This document shows positions 1 through 13,620 of a stretch of DNA of 64,000 nucleotides, piece by piece. The position numbers and the translations under genes are program-made. The DNA lies in assembly GCA_036172245.1 (NCBI GenBank), contig JAYWIR010000016.1, positions 1,054,001 through 1,118,000 of the forward strand. The letters run 5' to 3'. The stretch's first letter is position 1, and each line of letters starts with the position of its first letter. The notes beneath the pieces are model-generated. The model was not told the DNA's origin and searched no databases. It saw only the letters and a list, made by a program, of their open reading frames with translations. The stretch is from Raillietiella orientalis. Lineage: Eukaryota.

Positions 1-3000
1 GGAATTTCATCCGCATGAATGTGCGCGTCTCGACGCGCTCGAGTCGTCCAATCGCAACCTGCCGTTGCCATCACCATCTTCGTTCTGCGGAATCCAAGGA
101 TCCTGCGCTTCTCAGTTGATTTCAGACGCTTGCGATCCCTAGGTGCGGAAGTCTGAGGGGGTGCGTGTCCTCGAGAGCTCGATCTCTCTATGTGAGTAAA
201 CTCTGGAGGTTCCGTCGTCGTCCTGGGCGACGTGAGCGCCATCCACATTCCAGTTCCCAGTCAGATGGAAAGATTGGAGGGGGAGGGGGGATTTTTTTGT
301 GTTCCCCTCCCCTCTTCCTCCATCACATCTCTCTCAGCTCACGGCCACTGGGAGTTCTTGCGGGTGAACTCTGGGTCGTTCTCTCTGCCTTGCTCTCCAA
401 CAGAACACGTCAACACCGTTTTTTGTTGTTGTTGTTTTGTATTGTTTTTTTTTAAAAAAAAACAAAAGAAAGAAAAGAAGGAAGAAAAAGTCTGGATCTC
501 TCTGAATCCTCATCCCCGCGATGAAAGCCAAACATCTGGAATAACGACTATGCTGCTGCTTGCTGCCTGCCACCGCCTGAATCGCAACCACCTCGTGACT
601 TTTCAAGCGGTCCTTCGAATGTGGATTCCAGCACTTCTTGCACACCGGACAAGGAAGCCCTTTCCCCCTCCATCCTTCCTCGAGATCAGATCGTCGGTGC
701 TGCTGCAGCAGCAGCGTGCCACCGATGCTTACGTGACCTTGAGGTCTGCTGCTGCGCACCTCAAACTTGCGCAAGTGGTATCGGCTCTGGGTCACCGAAC
801 GGTGGCTCCAGCCAGCCCACATGCATTTCGTGTGTTATCTGCAATCAGGATAAGGCTGTGGTCGTAACAATGAGCCCTGTTGAGGGGGGTCATTCGTGTC
901 GTGGATGTGTCCCTTGAGAGTAAATAGGTCGGGATGGAGGTGCATCCATCCTGCTCGATTTCGTTCGCTCAAACGAAACAAGGGCTTGCAAGGCGGGTTG
1001 CTATGGACGATATGAGAGGCTCAGGCTGTTGGATACAGAAAAGTAGTTCCATCACCGACGTCATCCTCAGGTGATTGTAACCAAAAAGGAGTGTGGGATA
1101 AGAAGGACAAACAACCCAATTGCATCGGGAATAGAGCTGAAACTGATAGGACGAACCTGTCATACGAACGATCATTCATATAAATGGAGGTTAGGACCTT
1201 GAGTTCAGGATGAGAGCTGACTGTAATAAGAAGCAGTTGCATAGATTCCTATTTTTTTTCTTTCACGGATGGGATAATAAATACATTATACTCACAGTGT
1301 ATCTGTTTTCAAGAAGTATTCCAAGATGTACTTGTTTGTGAGGGACATCGTTCGGATCACAGTAATGTGACTACGTCATAAATCACATTGCATAGGATAT
1401 TCTTAATCAAAGATTTGTGGAAGGAGTTGGGGAATGATTGAGGACATTGATCCAGAAACCGAAATCCATGTAAATTAAGTTGCATTCGAGAATTTTAGAA
1501 ACAGAAGACATTGCTGGAACATGAACCTATTAGCGATGGGTATTCACGTGTGAGATTGAAGTGTAATTCTTCCTGAAATCATTGCGGTTCATGTTCTCAG
1601 ATACAGTTTCCAAGGAGTTTGAGAAAAAGATGGGATGCTAGACGGATGCAGTGTAAGCAAGAAAGAGGTGAAATGCATCTAGCGGGAACGGCAATTCAGC
1701 ACCCGTGAGTTTGTAGCCTACGGGGCGATTCCGAAAAAGTGGCTGGAGAACGGAGGTTGCATGGGTTTGGGATCGGATGCTGATTCAGACGGTGGGGAAT
1801 CGACATCGTAATGGGTGAGGGATTTCAATACGGAGCTTACGTTTCACTTCGAAAGAAGAGTGAGGAATGGGATGATGATGAAATGAAAATATGGCAGTGG
1901 TACTTTAGGGTTTGCACGCGATACCCGCCGCGAATGAAAGAGATGTGGTGAAAATTGGGGGAAATGGCCACAGAAACTCCATTATCCAGCCTTTCATAGC
2001 ATTTTCCAAGCTGTCACAAATTATCAACGATTTTTGTTTTTCCTGTGCGGAAAGACGGGAGATAAAAACGATGAGTTCACAAGAAGTGACAGCCATGTAT
2101 ATGGCGTGCCCTGGGATAGAATGACCAGCTGTCGTGTCTCTCACCCACGCTGCAAAAGGGGTCCATTTGCGAAAAGTCACTCTCATGAAATCTCGAGATT
2201 CAAAGACGATGGGCTGCTTATTCCAAGAGAGTTCAGCTCAACTGGTTGGAAATACGGCTCCATCAGCCTGGGCTCATAGACAGCATTGCGTGAAATCTTA
2301 AATCACTGGACAAGGTCAAGACCTCTGATTCCTCACTTATTTACGAATTGGAGGCTGCAAAAGCATCATCACGAACGGATTTATGAGTCACCCTTCATCC
2401 ACGTAACATGTAAATGACAGGGGATGTTCAGGAGCAGTGCTCTGGGACTGTACTTAAATGTTTTCCGATACACATAAAGAATGTGAAAAGCAAAAACTCA
2501 GGTGGGAAATCGTAGATGGAATGCACAAATTTTCAGTGGAGAATCGGAGCATAAAGCATGTCGCAAACTCCATAGAAGTTTACAAAATGACTTCGCAAGA
2601 GTCTGTAAGAGTTGGGATGTGTGATCTAATGAGTATCCAAGTGATGACGACAACTCATCTCTGAATAAGTATTTTTTTTTTTATTTTTTGTCGTCCGCGA
2701 AGAAGATGAGCTCAACGACTTGCTCTGCTGATTGGAACACGAAACTGATGTTGAGTATGGAAAATGTCCAAACAGGAAAAGAGGTATTTAGAAAGGGATC
2801 GCGACAAATTGAATGGTGGATTAAATCAAGGCTGAAATAGAAAGAAGAAGCAAAAATGCGCAACAGAAACTGGCGAGTCGGAAAATCGCGGTCACAGTCG
2901 GAGCTCCATGAATGTGGTTGTCATAGCAATGAGGATGCGCAAAACTAAAGATCCACTTCGGGAACACCAATCTGTTACTGGATAGGAAGCCTTCGGCGTC

Positions 3001-5725
3001 TACTTTTATCAGCTTAGTTCCCATTTGAACCCGTTATGTGCTTATGAATGTTACAGGTGTGGGAGATGAAGTATTTATTCGTACTTTTTGATTGATGTCG
3101 AGCTTACATAAGCTTTTAGCCACGGGCCAAACTTCTCGTGTCGAGCCAGGTTACGAGAATTTTCCACAGATACCCGAATGATCCCTGTTCTCAAATGGAA
3201 GATCATTTGACGATCGTGTGTTTGAAAATGCTTTTGTTGGCTTTTGTGCTGAGGTCTTTTGTTTCCCTTCACAATTCACATTCACATTCTTCATTTTCAC
3301 AATTCGTTTTCTTTCCGTACGTGGAATTTCATGTATTCCATTTTTGCATCAACGCCTACTCACTAAAACATACGCCTTCCCTGAACGTATTCTTTCCGAT
3401 TTTTCCGATGTACTGCGCCTTGCAAGTTCGTTTCCACATTCCAATTGAACGTATTTCCGTTCTGAGAGGTGAGTTCTAATCTGGAGTCTCAGAAGATACG
3501 GAATCGGTAGCTCAGATTAATGATATGGGAAAACCATTTTTAAGACATCTTTTTCTTGACCCAGAAACCAAATCCTAAGGCGTTCAGCAAACCTATTGAG
3601 GTTGCCCCATACCAACTAGTTCTTTTTAGCATCTTTTTTTTAAAAGGCGGTGTTTCTGCATTTGTATTTGGGACTACGACGAAGAGTTTCATCCAGAAAA
3701 TGAAGAATCTTCTTCTTCACATATTTTACAAATAACATGTAATACTCTGCTGTTCTTGTGGATATTCTTGCAGTTCAAAATTAGCGAATGTTTTTTTTTT
3801 TTCTTTAAAAAAAAAAGGATCGTGCATTGAGGAAACTGGTCTTACTGTCTTTCATGTTAATCACCGTCTTTTTCTAAAGTTAATCATCAAAGTCATTGTT
3901 CTCTTTTTCTTCCCTCCTCTTTATCAAGTGTTGTTTTTCCATTAAAAAAAAAAAACTCTGCATTCATTTCACAAGCAAGGAATTATAATTTTATTAAGAT
4001 ATTCACTGTGAATCAGAAAGGCATATTGACAAATCGATTATTTTGGTTGTCTTTGGTGTCTAATTTTATTCAAAATAAAATGTAGGTGGATATAAGAAAC
4101 CAAAGTCATGGCACTCTGTAGCAAAAAAAAAAAAAAAAAATGCCAGCTTCAAGTATGCAACGGATAAAATAATACTTACACAAGCGATTTTTGTTTACTG
4201 ATTTCTTGTGATGATATCATTTATTATCTCCGTTGTGGCTTCGTTGAAACTTTGAAGTAAATCGTGCTGTTTTTCCTATGAATCATTTTGGAAAAGCATG
4301 GGGGCCCAACGAGAAAAGGAATTTCAATAACACTCATTCTCTTAGACGGAAGGTGCTGATCATTACGGAAAAGGATGGGGAAATTGAAGGAAAAAAAAAA
4401 AAATGATGTACACAAGACGGTGGCTCTTCATCTCGGTTTTCCTATTCTCCTCTCAAATGGGTTTATAAATCCAGTTTTCAAGCGTTCGTACGCTGACTGT
4501 GTACACGGCTGGCGATGGGAAGCTTTGATTTATTCATGGAAGTGGTTCCACAAGATTGCATCATGGAATAAGCAAACTATATATGGCATCATGGCATAAG
4601 TGGATGTCGCGGGTGTATTGCGTAATTGCGAAGCGTACAACTCGAAGAATTCTCGCTTTCTTTGGGACTGCTCGAAAAGGTCAAATTCACATAAAATTTG
4701 GACAACGACGTTTACATATTGTCCTTGTGCGTGTGATATGCAAATTTTCTTCCTTCCTTCCACACACAAGCGCGCGCGAGGGAAATGCGTATATACGTGC
4801 GTGCGTACGCTATTGTTGTTGTGCTCGAAGTGTACAGGTTAAATCAGGGGAATGTCTGCTTTTTGCCTAGCCCTCTTTTTCCGAAGAATCGAAACCTATA
4901 GGGGATTTTTCTTTTTCTTTTTTTTTTTTTTTAGAAAGTATCTATTTTGAAAAAGGTGTTCCTTTGGGATGGACCGAACGTTTGGATATCCTGCAATTCC
5001 ATCTGTTGCTTCCCGCTGCCATGACACTTTTCCATCCCAAAGGGGACGGTTTACAGGGAACCTTGGGTTTCCCTGAAAGCAAAGGCCAGCACGTTCATTC
5101 ACAGGGAAGCGATCCCGGACGAACGCACAGGAGCGGCTCGTCACGCAGAGTTCCTGCATCTCAGGAATGCTGCTGTACCAATCTTCTCAGCAATTTGCAC
5201 ATTCCATCGGTAGGTGGCGCCGTTTCCGTGCATTTCTGCCGCCGAGGACGGAGCTCCCACCGAAGTTTCGCGTGCCCGTGTTTTCCAGCTAGCACAGTTG
5301 ACACGGCTGTTTAAATCAGGCTAAATCGTTATCGTCACTGTTTGCATGATCCTGTTTTTTTTTTTTTTTCCTTAAGAAAAAAAAAAAGGAGAGAATATTT
5401 TCGTGTGTGCAGCAAAAAGTGTGATTAAAAAGTTGTTGTGATCGTACCTGTTACGAGAAAAGTAGGCGAATAGTTCCGAGTTTATAAATTGCGGTGTTTT
5501 GAAAACTCGAAATTTAATAAAACTGGAAACAACAATAATCTGGGATGTTATTCAGTTGCCCATATTTGATGCCGCAGTTTCGGAAGGCAGTATTTTTTAA
5601 ATCAAGTGTTGTTGATTATGACCTCATTTGAGATTTGGACACTTTTATATGTGTGTATGTACGTGTATCAGTAACTCATAAGCTTCCCATTGGAGTTTGT
5701 TTTCTGACTACAAACCACCAAGATT

Positions 5726-8700
5726 ATGGATAAAGAAAGAAATTACTGTCTAAATGGATACAATTCAGGTTAGAGTCGTGTGATTTGTTAATTTTGAAGT
5801 TTGTGCCAACATAGTTGATTTTCCGTAATTGAACATGTGTGTGTTTTGTTAAGAATTCGTACAGTATGAATTAGCTTAAAGCTTTGATTAATATGGAGTG
5901 TTTCGAAATTCTCGGTACACCTAAAGACAAGATGTTTATACTGTTCAGTTGCCATGTGTTTTTATTTTAATCTAATTCTTAAATAGAAGATTCCTCGGAA
6001 GACTGGCCCACATATCTTCTGGAACACTTGGCCACATTCACAGTTTCTCAGTCCTCTGTTCTTTATCCTGCAGATGGTATGCGTAAACTTTTGAAAATGG
6101 AAAAATCCAATGGTATTTGGACACAGAAAATGTTATTGAAACTTGAAAGAAAGTTTGTAGTCATTATGGATTATGAAAATGGGGTTAGTACACATGACCA
6201 TTGATAACATAACTGTTAGAATACAGTACATATGGTAGCAGCAAATTAAGCACAAGACAAAAATGAATTGTTTGAACTCTTAAAATACTGGGAAATGAAG
6301 GATAAATAAATAATTTCCTTCTGTAATGGGTATACAGTTAAGAAATTATATTTCAGATTTGGCTGAAGTTTTGGCATAGTACTGTAGTGCTAGCAAATGT
6401 GATTGTTTGCATGCATGACGTTATGCATGCAGTTTGCTGATGCTTAAAAGCTGCTGTGTGTTGTTTTTTTGCTGTTGTTTTTTGTCAAGCTATTTGTCTT
6501 GTTAGATTGCACACATTGCATGCGGTATTGACTCATATCTTTAACTGTACATTTCAGGATATAGTGGAAAAGTTTCCAGTAGAGTTGATTCAGGAACCAA
6601 CAGCATTCACCAGTGATAAAACAACTGAACTATACAACAATATTCTCATTTTCATTGTGCAACAACATGATAATAGTCATCCAGGTGACATGCACATTTT
6701 TCAGGTAAAACAGAAACCTAGAATACAGAGTTAATTGAATATGATTTTAGTGTGTGGGAATAGCAGCTGAGAATGTAGTTGAGGACATCAAATATTTTCT
6801 AAATGGAAAAGCTTTTAGAGTGGCACTTGATAGTAGCAGAGTTGGTGTGCCTGAAATGGTTATGCCTCCTCCTCCTTCAAAACCACCACCAGAACCTCCA
6901 ACAGGTGAGATAGTACACAATATTGATTCCATAAAGATGTATGTGATAGTTCCCTATCGGAGACCAAGTAGTGAGAGCAGTTCATCATCCACAGAAAATT
7001 GTGAAAAAGATGTTGCTATGCTAAATCGTTGTTTTGATGACATTGAACGCTTTGTTCTTCACCTGAAAGATGCTGCTGAAACCCGAGAGCAGCTCCAGCA
7101 TCGTCGAAGGTTCTTTTCTTACCAATGTTGCAACCAGTGTTCTTAATTGTTCATTGCATTACAGAAAGTTCAAAAAGAAACATTTGGGTGATGGAATGTT
7201 GGAAATGCGTACTCGACCACCTTCAAAAGAAGAATTTGTTGATATTTTTCAGAAATTCAAACTGGCTTTTAATCTATTGGTAAGATTGAGTCACATGGAA
7301 TGTACTTTAATATCATTGGATTAGGGTAAAGTGAAGACTCACATCAAGCAACCGAATGCACCAGAGCTTGTTCATTTTGTATTTACACCTCTGGCTATTA
7401 TTGTGGATGCTGCCTCTTGTTGTTATCCAAATTTGAACATTCCCAGTAGGGTTGTGGAACCATTGCTTACCAAGGAAGCTGTCGAGCTGTTGGAAAATTG
7501 CACTTCTTCCAAAGAAAACCAATTGTGGAAATCACTGGGTGAGACATGGTCAATCAGCAGGTATATGATATGTTCTGTAAAGGATGCCTGAATGACTAAT
7601 ACTTAGGATGCAATGGACTGGTAATGTACCATCCTATCAGCCAGTGTTTTATGGGAATTGGCCATCAGATAATTCACCTTTTCAGAAAAAGACATCTGAA
7701 AGCCACCATTCTGACAAATGGATGGTAATTGATGGAATGATTTGTAGTGTAATTCATTGGGTTTTCAGTCAAGTGCTTCTCCAGTGTCCAAAGATGGGCA
7801 GAGGATTGTGTATCGGGAGACTTCTTATTCTCCAGCATCAGAAAATCTTGATCATACAGGAGATCATAGTGATACTTCAGTTTACTCCACTGAACGTGAA
7901 GATCACATCTTTGAGGAACTGCAGCAGTACTGGCTCACACAACTAAATTCAAAAAGAGCAAAAGTAGTACGAGTTATTTATCCTCGTACAGCTAATAATT
8001 GCAAAGAGCTTACAGTTACACGTGGTGAATATCTTGAGGTAATACAAAAACCAGTGTGTGCTATGAGTCATGTGGTATTATACTGAATAGGTTTTAGATG
8101 ATTCGCGCAATTGGTGGAAAGTGAGGAATTACATGAATGAGATAGGTCATGTACCACATACCATTGTTGCAAACGTAAAACCAGGAGATAACAGTAATTT
8201 CTTACAGCACCATCACAATCAGGTAGTGAGTAGTCGAAAAGCATATAAATTTTCTATTGATAGGAATACAGGAAAAGAATAAAGACATGATATTAGAAGA
8301 AAAACCAATTTATTCCCATAAACAAAGTTCTCCATCATCTGAATGGTTGTCCCAAGAAAAACAAGGTAAAAAAGAAGAATACCGCTATTATTAGAGAAAA
8401 CCTAATGTCCCAGATGTGAATTGTATTGTCCTGCTTCCTTTCCAAATTTGTATTCCGTTAATAAAAAATGTACCCTTCTGGAAACAAAGCTATTTTGTTG
8501 CTTTTTTTGTCAGCTGCATGTTGCTTTGCAGATCTGTTTGTGAAAGCTGTGAGATTTCATTTGGTTTCTTTATTTAACAATTTGTGCTTTCTTTGTGAAC
8601 ATTGTGCTAGTGTCATGGTTTCATAGTGTTAACATATTCCCATGTCAGTAACTCAGTGTGACCAAAACTGTTCCAAGAAATTGTCATCGTAGTTTTGGGC

Positions 8701-10839
8701 AAATCATTTATTGAAGTCAGACAAAGTAGTGAACAAATGGAGGTGCTCATAATGAGACAACTTGCCTGCTCACTATAACATTCAGGTATTTCATTTGAAA
8801 ATTAGTATTTTATGAGTTTGATAAGTTCCATATGTCTAAACAGCATTAGGATACAAAAAAAAAAACTCTGAAGTTATTTTGTAGTCACTGTTTTCATGTT
8901 TTATGATGGCTTTGCTTTCTTTTTTTGTTGCAATTGTGATGTTCTGTAAAAGCCAAAAACAAATAACAAGCGGAAATTCAATTTTGCATAATGAGTAAAG
9001 TAAAGCATTAAATAAAAACCCATTAAATACATCAAGTAATTTTGTAAAGCAAATGTGAGCACAATAAAAAAATTCGTTTTAACAGAATTTCACTTTCTTT
9101 TTGCTTTTCATGTTTGCTGTGATAGTTGTACAAATTGTGCGTACTATAATTTACTTTTACCTTGTACTAAGTTGAGTAGAACAAATAGTGGACAAGTTCA
9201 CAGTATCAAATGTATGTTATTTCAGTATCTCTAAAGAATGGAAATGAACATAGATAAATCTTGAGCCCATTTCCAGTTTGTGCTGCAATCTGTTGATGTT
9301 TTGACTAACAGAACGAGACTTCTTAGGTATACAAGTGTTGATTTGCTTTTCTTTTGTCTACTTTCAGTTTCCATGCATTTCAATCACTCAATTTGTGCAT
9401 GCTTCTATTTTATCGTAAAAGGCATCAAATTTATTCTGCATAACTCTTAACAAAATGCGGATTTTTATATTTGGTAAACAAAGATTCACACATCTGTTGA
9501 ATCATCAGTATTCAGATGTTGTCGTAACTGATGACTTTAATAATAAATATGAATTATAATGTTTAGTGCTTTGAAACTTTTGCTGCTTCAAGAATGAAGA
9601 CGTGTATGCATTACATTCTTCCAATTAAATACGTTTGTTCATCATTTAAATTATTTTGCCCGTTCTTTCGTTCATTCTTACCTTTGTACCCTACAAAGTT
9701 TCACAAAATTTTGCAATTTACCATTGCACTTTTGATAATCTTATTTAATCATTTGCTTAGTGATCAGTATCTTATATTTATTTCGCTGGAATTATACAAG
9801 ATTCACATTACTTTGCTTTCTACAGCAGTAGGAACCCTACTTGCATTGATAACCCTAGTACTTCAATTTGTAAGCCATTTCAAAACTGCTATTAGAATGA
9901 AACCAACCATGATTCATTCATCAGCAGCCTCCAATAGCAAAGAGATAATGATTGATAAAATCATTATCTCTTTGATAAAATCAATATGATTCTTCATATT
10001 TCTAACCTCAGCAGATAATTTTTTCAAGTGTTCATGTATTGTAAACATTACTCTTTGTTTCCAAAATGCTTTGTAATACAGTAATTTTCAGTCTCCTGAT
10101 GTATGCTTACAATAAATTTTGCTTTAACCAGTAGGATTCATTTTTTCTGCGATGTATAAAACACATCTAATATAAAGAAAAATTAAACTGCGTTTGTTGT
10201 TTGTTAAATGTTTCTTTTGCTATGGTGAATGTTTTGAAAGTCTCCTCTAACTGGAAATTCTTCATTTTCTTAGAATAAACTTTTTCCACGTAGCCATAAT
10301 TTTATACATTACTGTGCAGATTATATTTGTTTCACTGTGAGTGATACTGATGACAAAAACAAATGTAACTGTCATTCAAGATCCGCGGAGAATGCCCAAA
10401 GATCTGGCAACAGAACTCAAAGATAAATTGATCCTCAGGAAGATTCCACCTCCAGTTCCTATCAAAAAAACATCTCACAAACTGTGCATTGAACCTCAGT
10501 CTACACCAGAAGAAGTGCAGAGATGGTTACTAAACAGAAACTTTAATGAGTAGCATTCCAAATTCCATGTATGAAATAAAATAACATTTTACTAGAAATT
10601 GGAATATTCTTTGCAAGCTCAATGGAGAGCAGCTTATGGCATTGAGTAAGGAAGAATGCTGTATGCTACTTGGTCCAGAAGGATGCCGCTTATATGCTCA
10701 ATTACAACATAATCAACAGGTCTTAAAAGTAAGTGAAAGGAACAAGAAGATCTACATATTTCCTTAGTTATGCAAACCTAGCATTGACCATGAGCTTGAA
10801 GAAAAACTTGTTGTGCAACTACAAAAGTTGGGGAATTGA
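5726..10839 (+). CDS. EPS8: EPS8-family adaptor (arouser-like): PTB, EGFR-binding region, SH3 and C-terminal SAM/PNT-like effector region; about 679 aa, 14 coding exons
   Basis: Phase-consistent GT-AG exons: 5726-5768, 5987-6183, 6558-6704, 6751-6904, 6950-7109, 7165-7279, 7325-7560, 7607-7724, 7769-8038, 8091-8222, 8272-8365, 10381-10549, 10596-10728, 10768-10839. Family motifs: [11 protein letters not shown] and GIWTQKMLL (PTB); [26 protein letters not shown] and [27 protein letters not shown]...GHVPHTIV (SH3); [10 protein letters not shown] and [13 protein letters not shown]...[10 protein letters not shown] (SAM-like). The first coding exon and the 8222/8225 donor are less certain. Confidence 0.93.
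8272..8394 (+). CDS. EPS8: Alternative terminal exon of EPS8 (short isoform ending ...[12 protein letters not shown], lacking the SAM/effector region)
   Basis: Reading through the GT donor at 8366 gives GKKEEYRYY then TAG at 8392-8394. AATAAA follows at 8460-8465 and again near 9011 and 9063, inside the 2-kb intron of the long form. Confidence 0.6.
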   Translation, partial: EKNKDMILEEKPIYSHKQSSPSSEWLSQEKQGKKEEYRYY

Positions 10840-10930
10840 TAGAAAGGATAATGCATCACTTTTTGAAATCAGTGATATCTGTCTACTAACTTATGTTACG
10901 ATATTCATATGTTATGTACTCTATTTAGAA

Positions 10931-10949
10931 TTTATTTCTTCATAATAAA
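10931..10949. terminator. Opposed polyadenylation signals of convergent EPS8 (+) and WBP2 (-)
   Basis: AATAAA on + at 10944-10949 and TTTATT (AATAAA on -) at 10931-10936, both within the 134-bp gap between the two stop codons. Confidence 0.55.
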
Positions 10950-10973
10950 CATCTTTGAATTATGTATGTTTGA

Positions 10974-12424
10974 TTACATTTGCTTTTTAGTAACAGTGTC
11001 ATAGCTAGGTGGATATGTTTGCAATCCTGGTGGCACATAGGCCTGTGAAGGTGCTGAAGGGTTATAATAAGCTGTTTGAACCGGTGAAGCACCTGGAGTA
11101 GGTACAGCACTATATCCTATCAAACCAGGATATGGGGGGGGTTGATCACTCATGTACACACTGTTGGCTACATAAAAGGAAACAGGCAAACCGTATAAAT
11201 AAGTGCAGCATTGATAGTGAGATAAAACATACGTGGAGGAGCAGTGGGGAATGTGCTAAAGGGAGGTACCCATCCATAGTAACCAGTTGGTGATGGAGAG
11301 TATGCTGGTGGTGGTGCAGGTTGGTAGGATCCATATGGTGTGTACGGAGGAGGTGCTCCTGATGGATTCCAATTGTTCCTTGAAGCTGCTAAATGAAAAT
11401 ACAGGCACACTTATTTGAACTCACCAGTTAATTTTAGTTACCTAGTTTAGCTGCTTGCAACATAGCTTGCCCAAATTCTATTGCACCACCAGAATTGAAA
11501 TGTATTTTGAAAGTGAGAACGCCTTCCCAGTTACCATTAGGTTGAGCTTGCACAAGTCCTTTTATGTAATTAGCTTTGAACATAGGCTGTTCTAATTCAA
11601 CCTATGTATCTTTGACAATTACAGAAAGGGAAAAAAAAAACATTAATTTTTCAAACCTGCTTTATAGTTACAAAAGGAAAACTAAATGACTGCAATGGAT
11701 CCCTGGCTTTAGAATTATTAAATATCATGCGATGTGTAGTGAGATACAGACGACCATGCTTTTGGCCATTCAACTCTGACTTCTGCTGTCCACTGAACTC
11801 CAGATTTACGTTATCAGAGAATAAAATAATGCTAAATATGAGAATTATAATAGACAGACGGTTATGCAATTTTTCTCACATAAACATGCACTGTGATCAT
11901 ACTTTTTCTTTCTTATTATTAAGTTGTTTTCATCTAGTATTTTAATTTACTTACATCACACACCCTGAGGTAATTTTCTTGCTGCTAAATTGAGGTATTT
12001 GAAATATTCAGCAAGATTCTCGCTAAACAAAAACGAGCAGGGCATATCATAAAACAATGGACCTTCCCATTTCTGGGTTTTGTAGCTTATAACACCTCTG
12101 AGCATGACTAAGAAATCACCACTTCAAGAGTCATGTGTGTACCCATTTAGGGGTTTACAGTCTGTTTGACGGTACTTCGGCGTATAGTTATAGAAAGTTT
12201 CAGAAGAATGCAATGAGTATTTCTAGAATCTTAATTTGGAAAAAAAAAAAAAAAAAATTGCTACCAGAATTGCTACCGTGAGAAATTTGCAGAAGTACAA
12301 ATACACGGAAACGCTTCATAGCATTGATAGAGAAACACCTAACATTTGTATTTAAAGTAAAAACCTACCATTCTCCTGGATGAATAAGTACACCACCATT
12401 GGCATGTGCAGTATTCAGAGACAT
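10974..12424 (-). CDS. WBP2: WW-domain-binding protein 2 (GRAM domain plus PPxY-rich tail), about 246 aa, 5 exons
   Basis: Exons 12424-12369, 11831-11657, 11601-11442, 11388-11233 and 11167-10974 join in phase. Protein begins [23 protein letters not shown] motifs: [47 protein letters not shown]. PPxY motifs: PPPY, PPAY, PPPY, PPSY. Confidence 0.94.
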
Positions 12425-12799
12425 CGTAAACTATTTTAGATACACGAGAGAAAATTTTATAACACAATTCAAATAGGCGAACATAATTCGCCACCGTATT
12501 GCATTGACAAGATTTGTTTAGAAATAGATAGGGTTGCCAACACATTGCATTTTCATTATCTTAGATATTTATATTCAACATTCAGTTTCCCTAAATTAAT
12601 AATATGCTATAGATAAAGCTACACCCTAATATATACAACTATGAGAACTTATTCGGAGTAATATTAGAGAAATATAAATGCTTCGATTAAGAATTCAATA
12701 CTTAAAGTATTTGAATTTTTTCTCCAGTCGCTAATTTATTCCTGCTGCTCATTCCTCGGAGTTCTAAGTGATCTTAACAAAATAAGTATGCGCTTCCTC

Positions 12800-13620
12800 T
12801 CGATATGGCTGTATCAAAACTGAGACCAGCTAGGGAGTGGATGAACGATAGAAATATCTGCATGTTCCACGAGTCCGCGAACCTTCCTAATAAAAGTATT
12901 TTTAAAAAGTTAAGGGTTCAATCCCTTAACATGAGGAATGTTGGTCAATATTGAGCAGCCAGACAGAAAGCATTCTTGTAAGGTTACTGATACGTCCACT
13001 GGTGTAACCCAAATCGAGATCGTATGATAAAATATGCTACAGGCAGTCGTGGTCAAAGTGATCTTTTATACTAAGACCCTTTATATTCGCAAACAAGAAC
13101 CCATGCATCCTAACAAGGAAGTTAATCCTCATTTTGGAAAACGGAACAGAGCTAATCTTCAGAGACTATGAAGACATTGATGGGTGGGAATAATGAAAAT
13201 CTGGAAAGTGGAACTTCTTGCAATACGGGAAAGAAAGAAATCCTGATGCGAAACAGAAAGAGATGGTCACAAAAGTCGACCATAATAATATTGGAGACAT
13301 TCTGGATGTCACAGCATAGAATTGACTCCAACAATCAGCTCAACATCACCGGCAGGGAAACAAAGAATCACCAGAATCAGAAATACTAAACTTGCATTTT
13401 TCAGAATAAGGATATTTCACATAGCCACCTCAAGGATGGATGGAGATATCCCTCTGACATTTCCTCGAGAACAATTAAAGTCCAAACAAGGCAGAATGAG
13501 ATGACTACCCTGAAATGTTTCAGTCTATACTCCTGACTAGCATATATTACAAAGGAAAGGTAATCAGAATCAACATGCTGGTTGCAGTAAGGGCACCAGG
13601 AACTCTGTGGTGTATGTTGA
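12800..13620 (+). mobile_element. Possible highly decayed Helitron-type (Pif1) helicase remnant
   Basis: Frameshifted fragments in the expected order resemble the Pif1 C-terminal half: SLNMR, ILENGTELIFRDYEDID, STIIILETF...NNQLNITG, DGDIPLTFPREQL, MTTLK. Similarity is weak and judged by eye. Confidence 0.3.

Noticed and set aside
1..1250. Possible exons at the window start (Cys-rich + frame about 528-917; open - frame running off position 1)
   Set aside because: No family motif or consistent exon chain could be established on either strand, so this is left unresolved.
9594..9989. 131-aa hydrophobic ORF inside the EPS8 intron
   Set aside because: Its L/I/F-rich composition follows from T-rich intron sequence. 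No recognisable domain or splice support.
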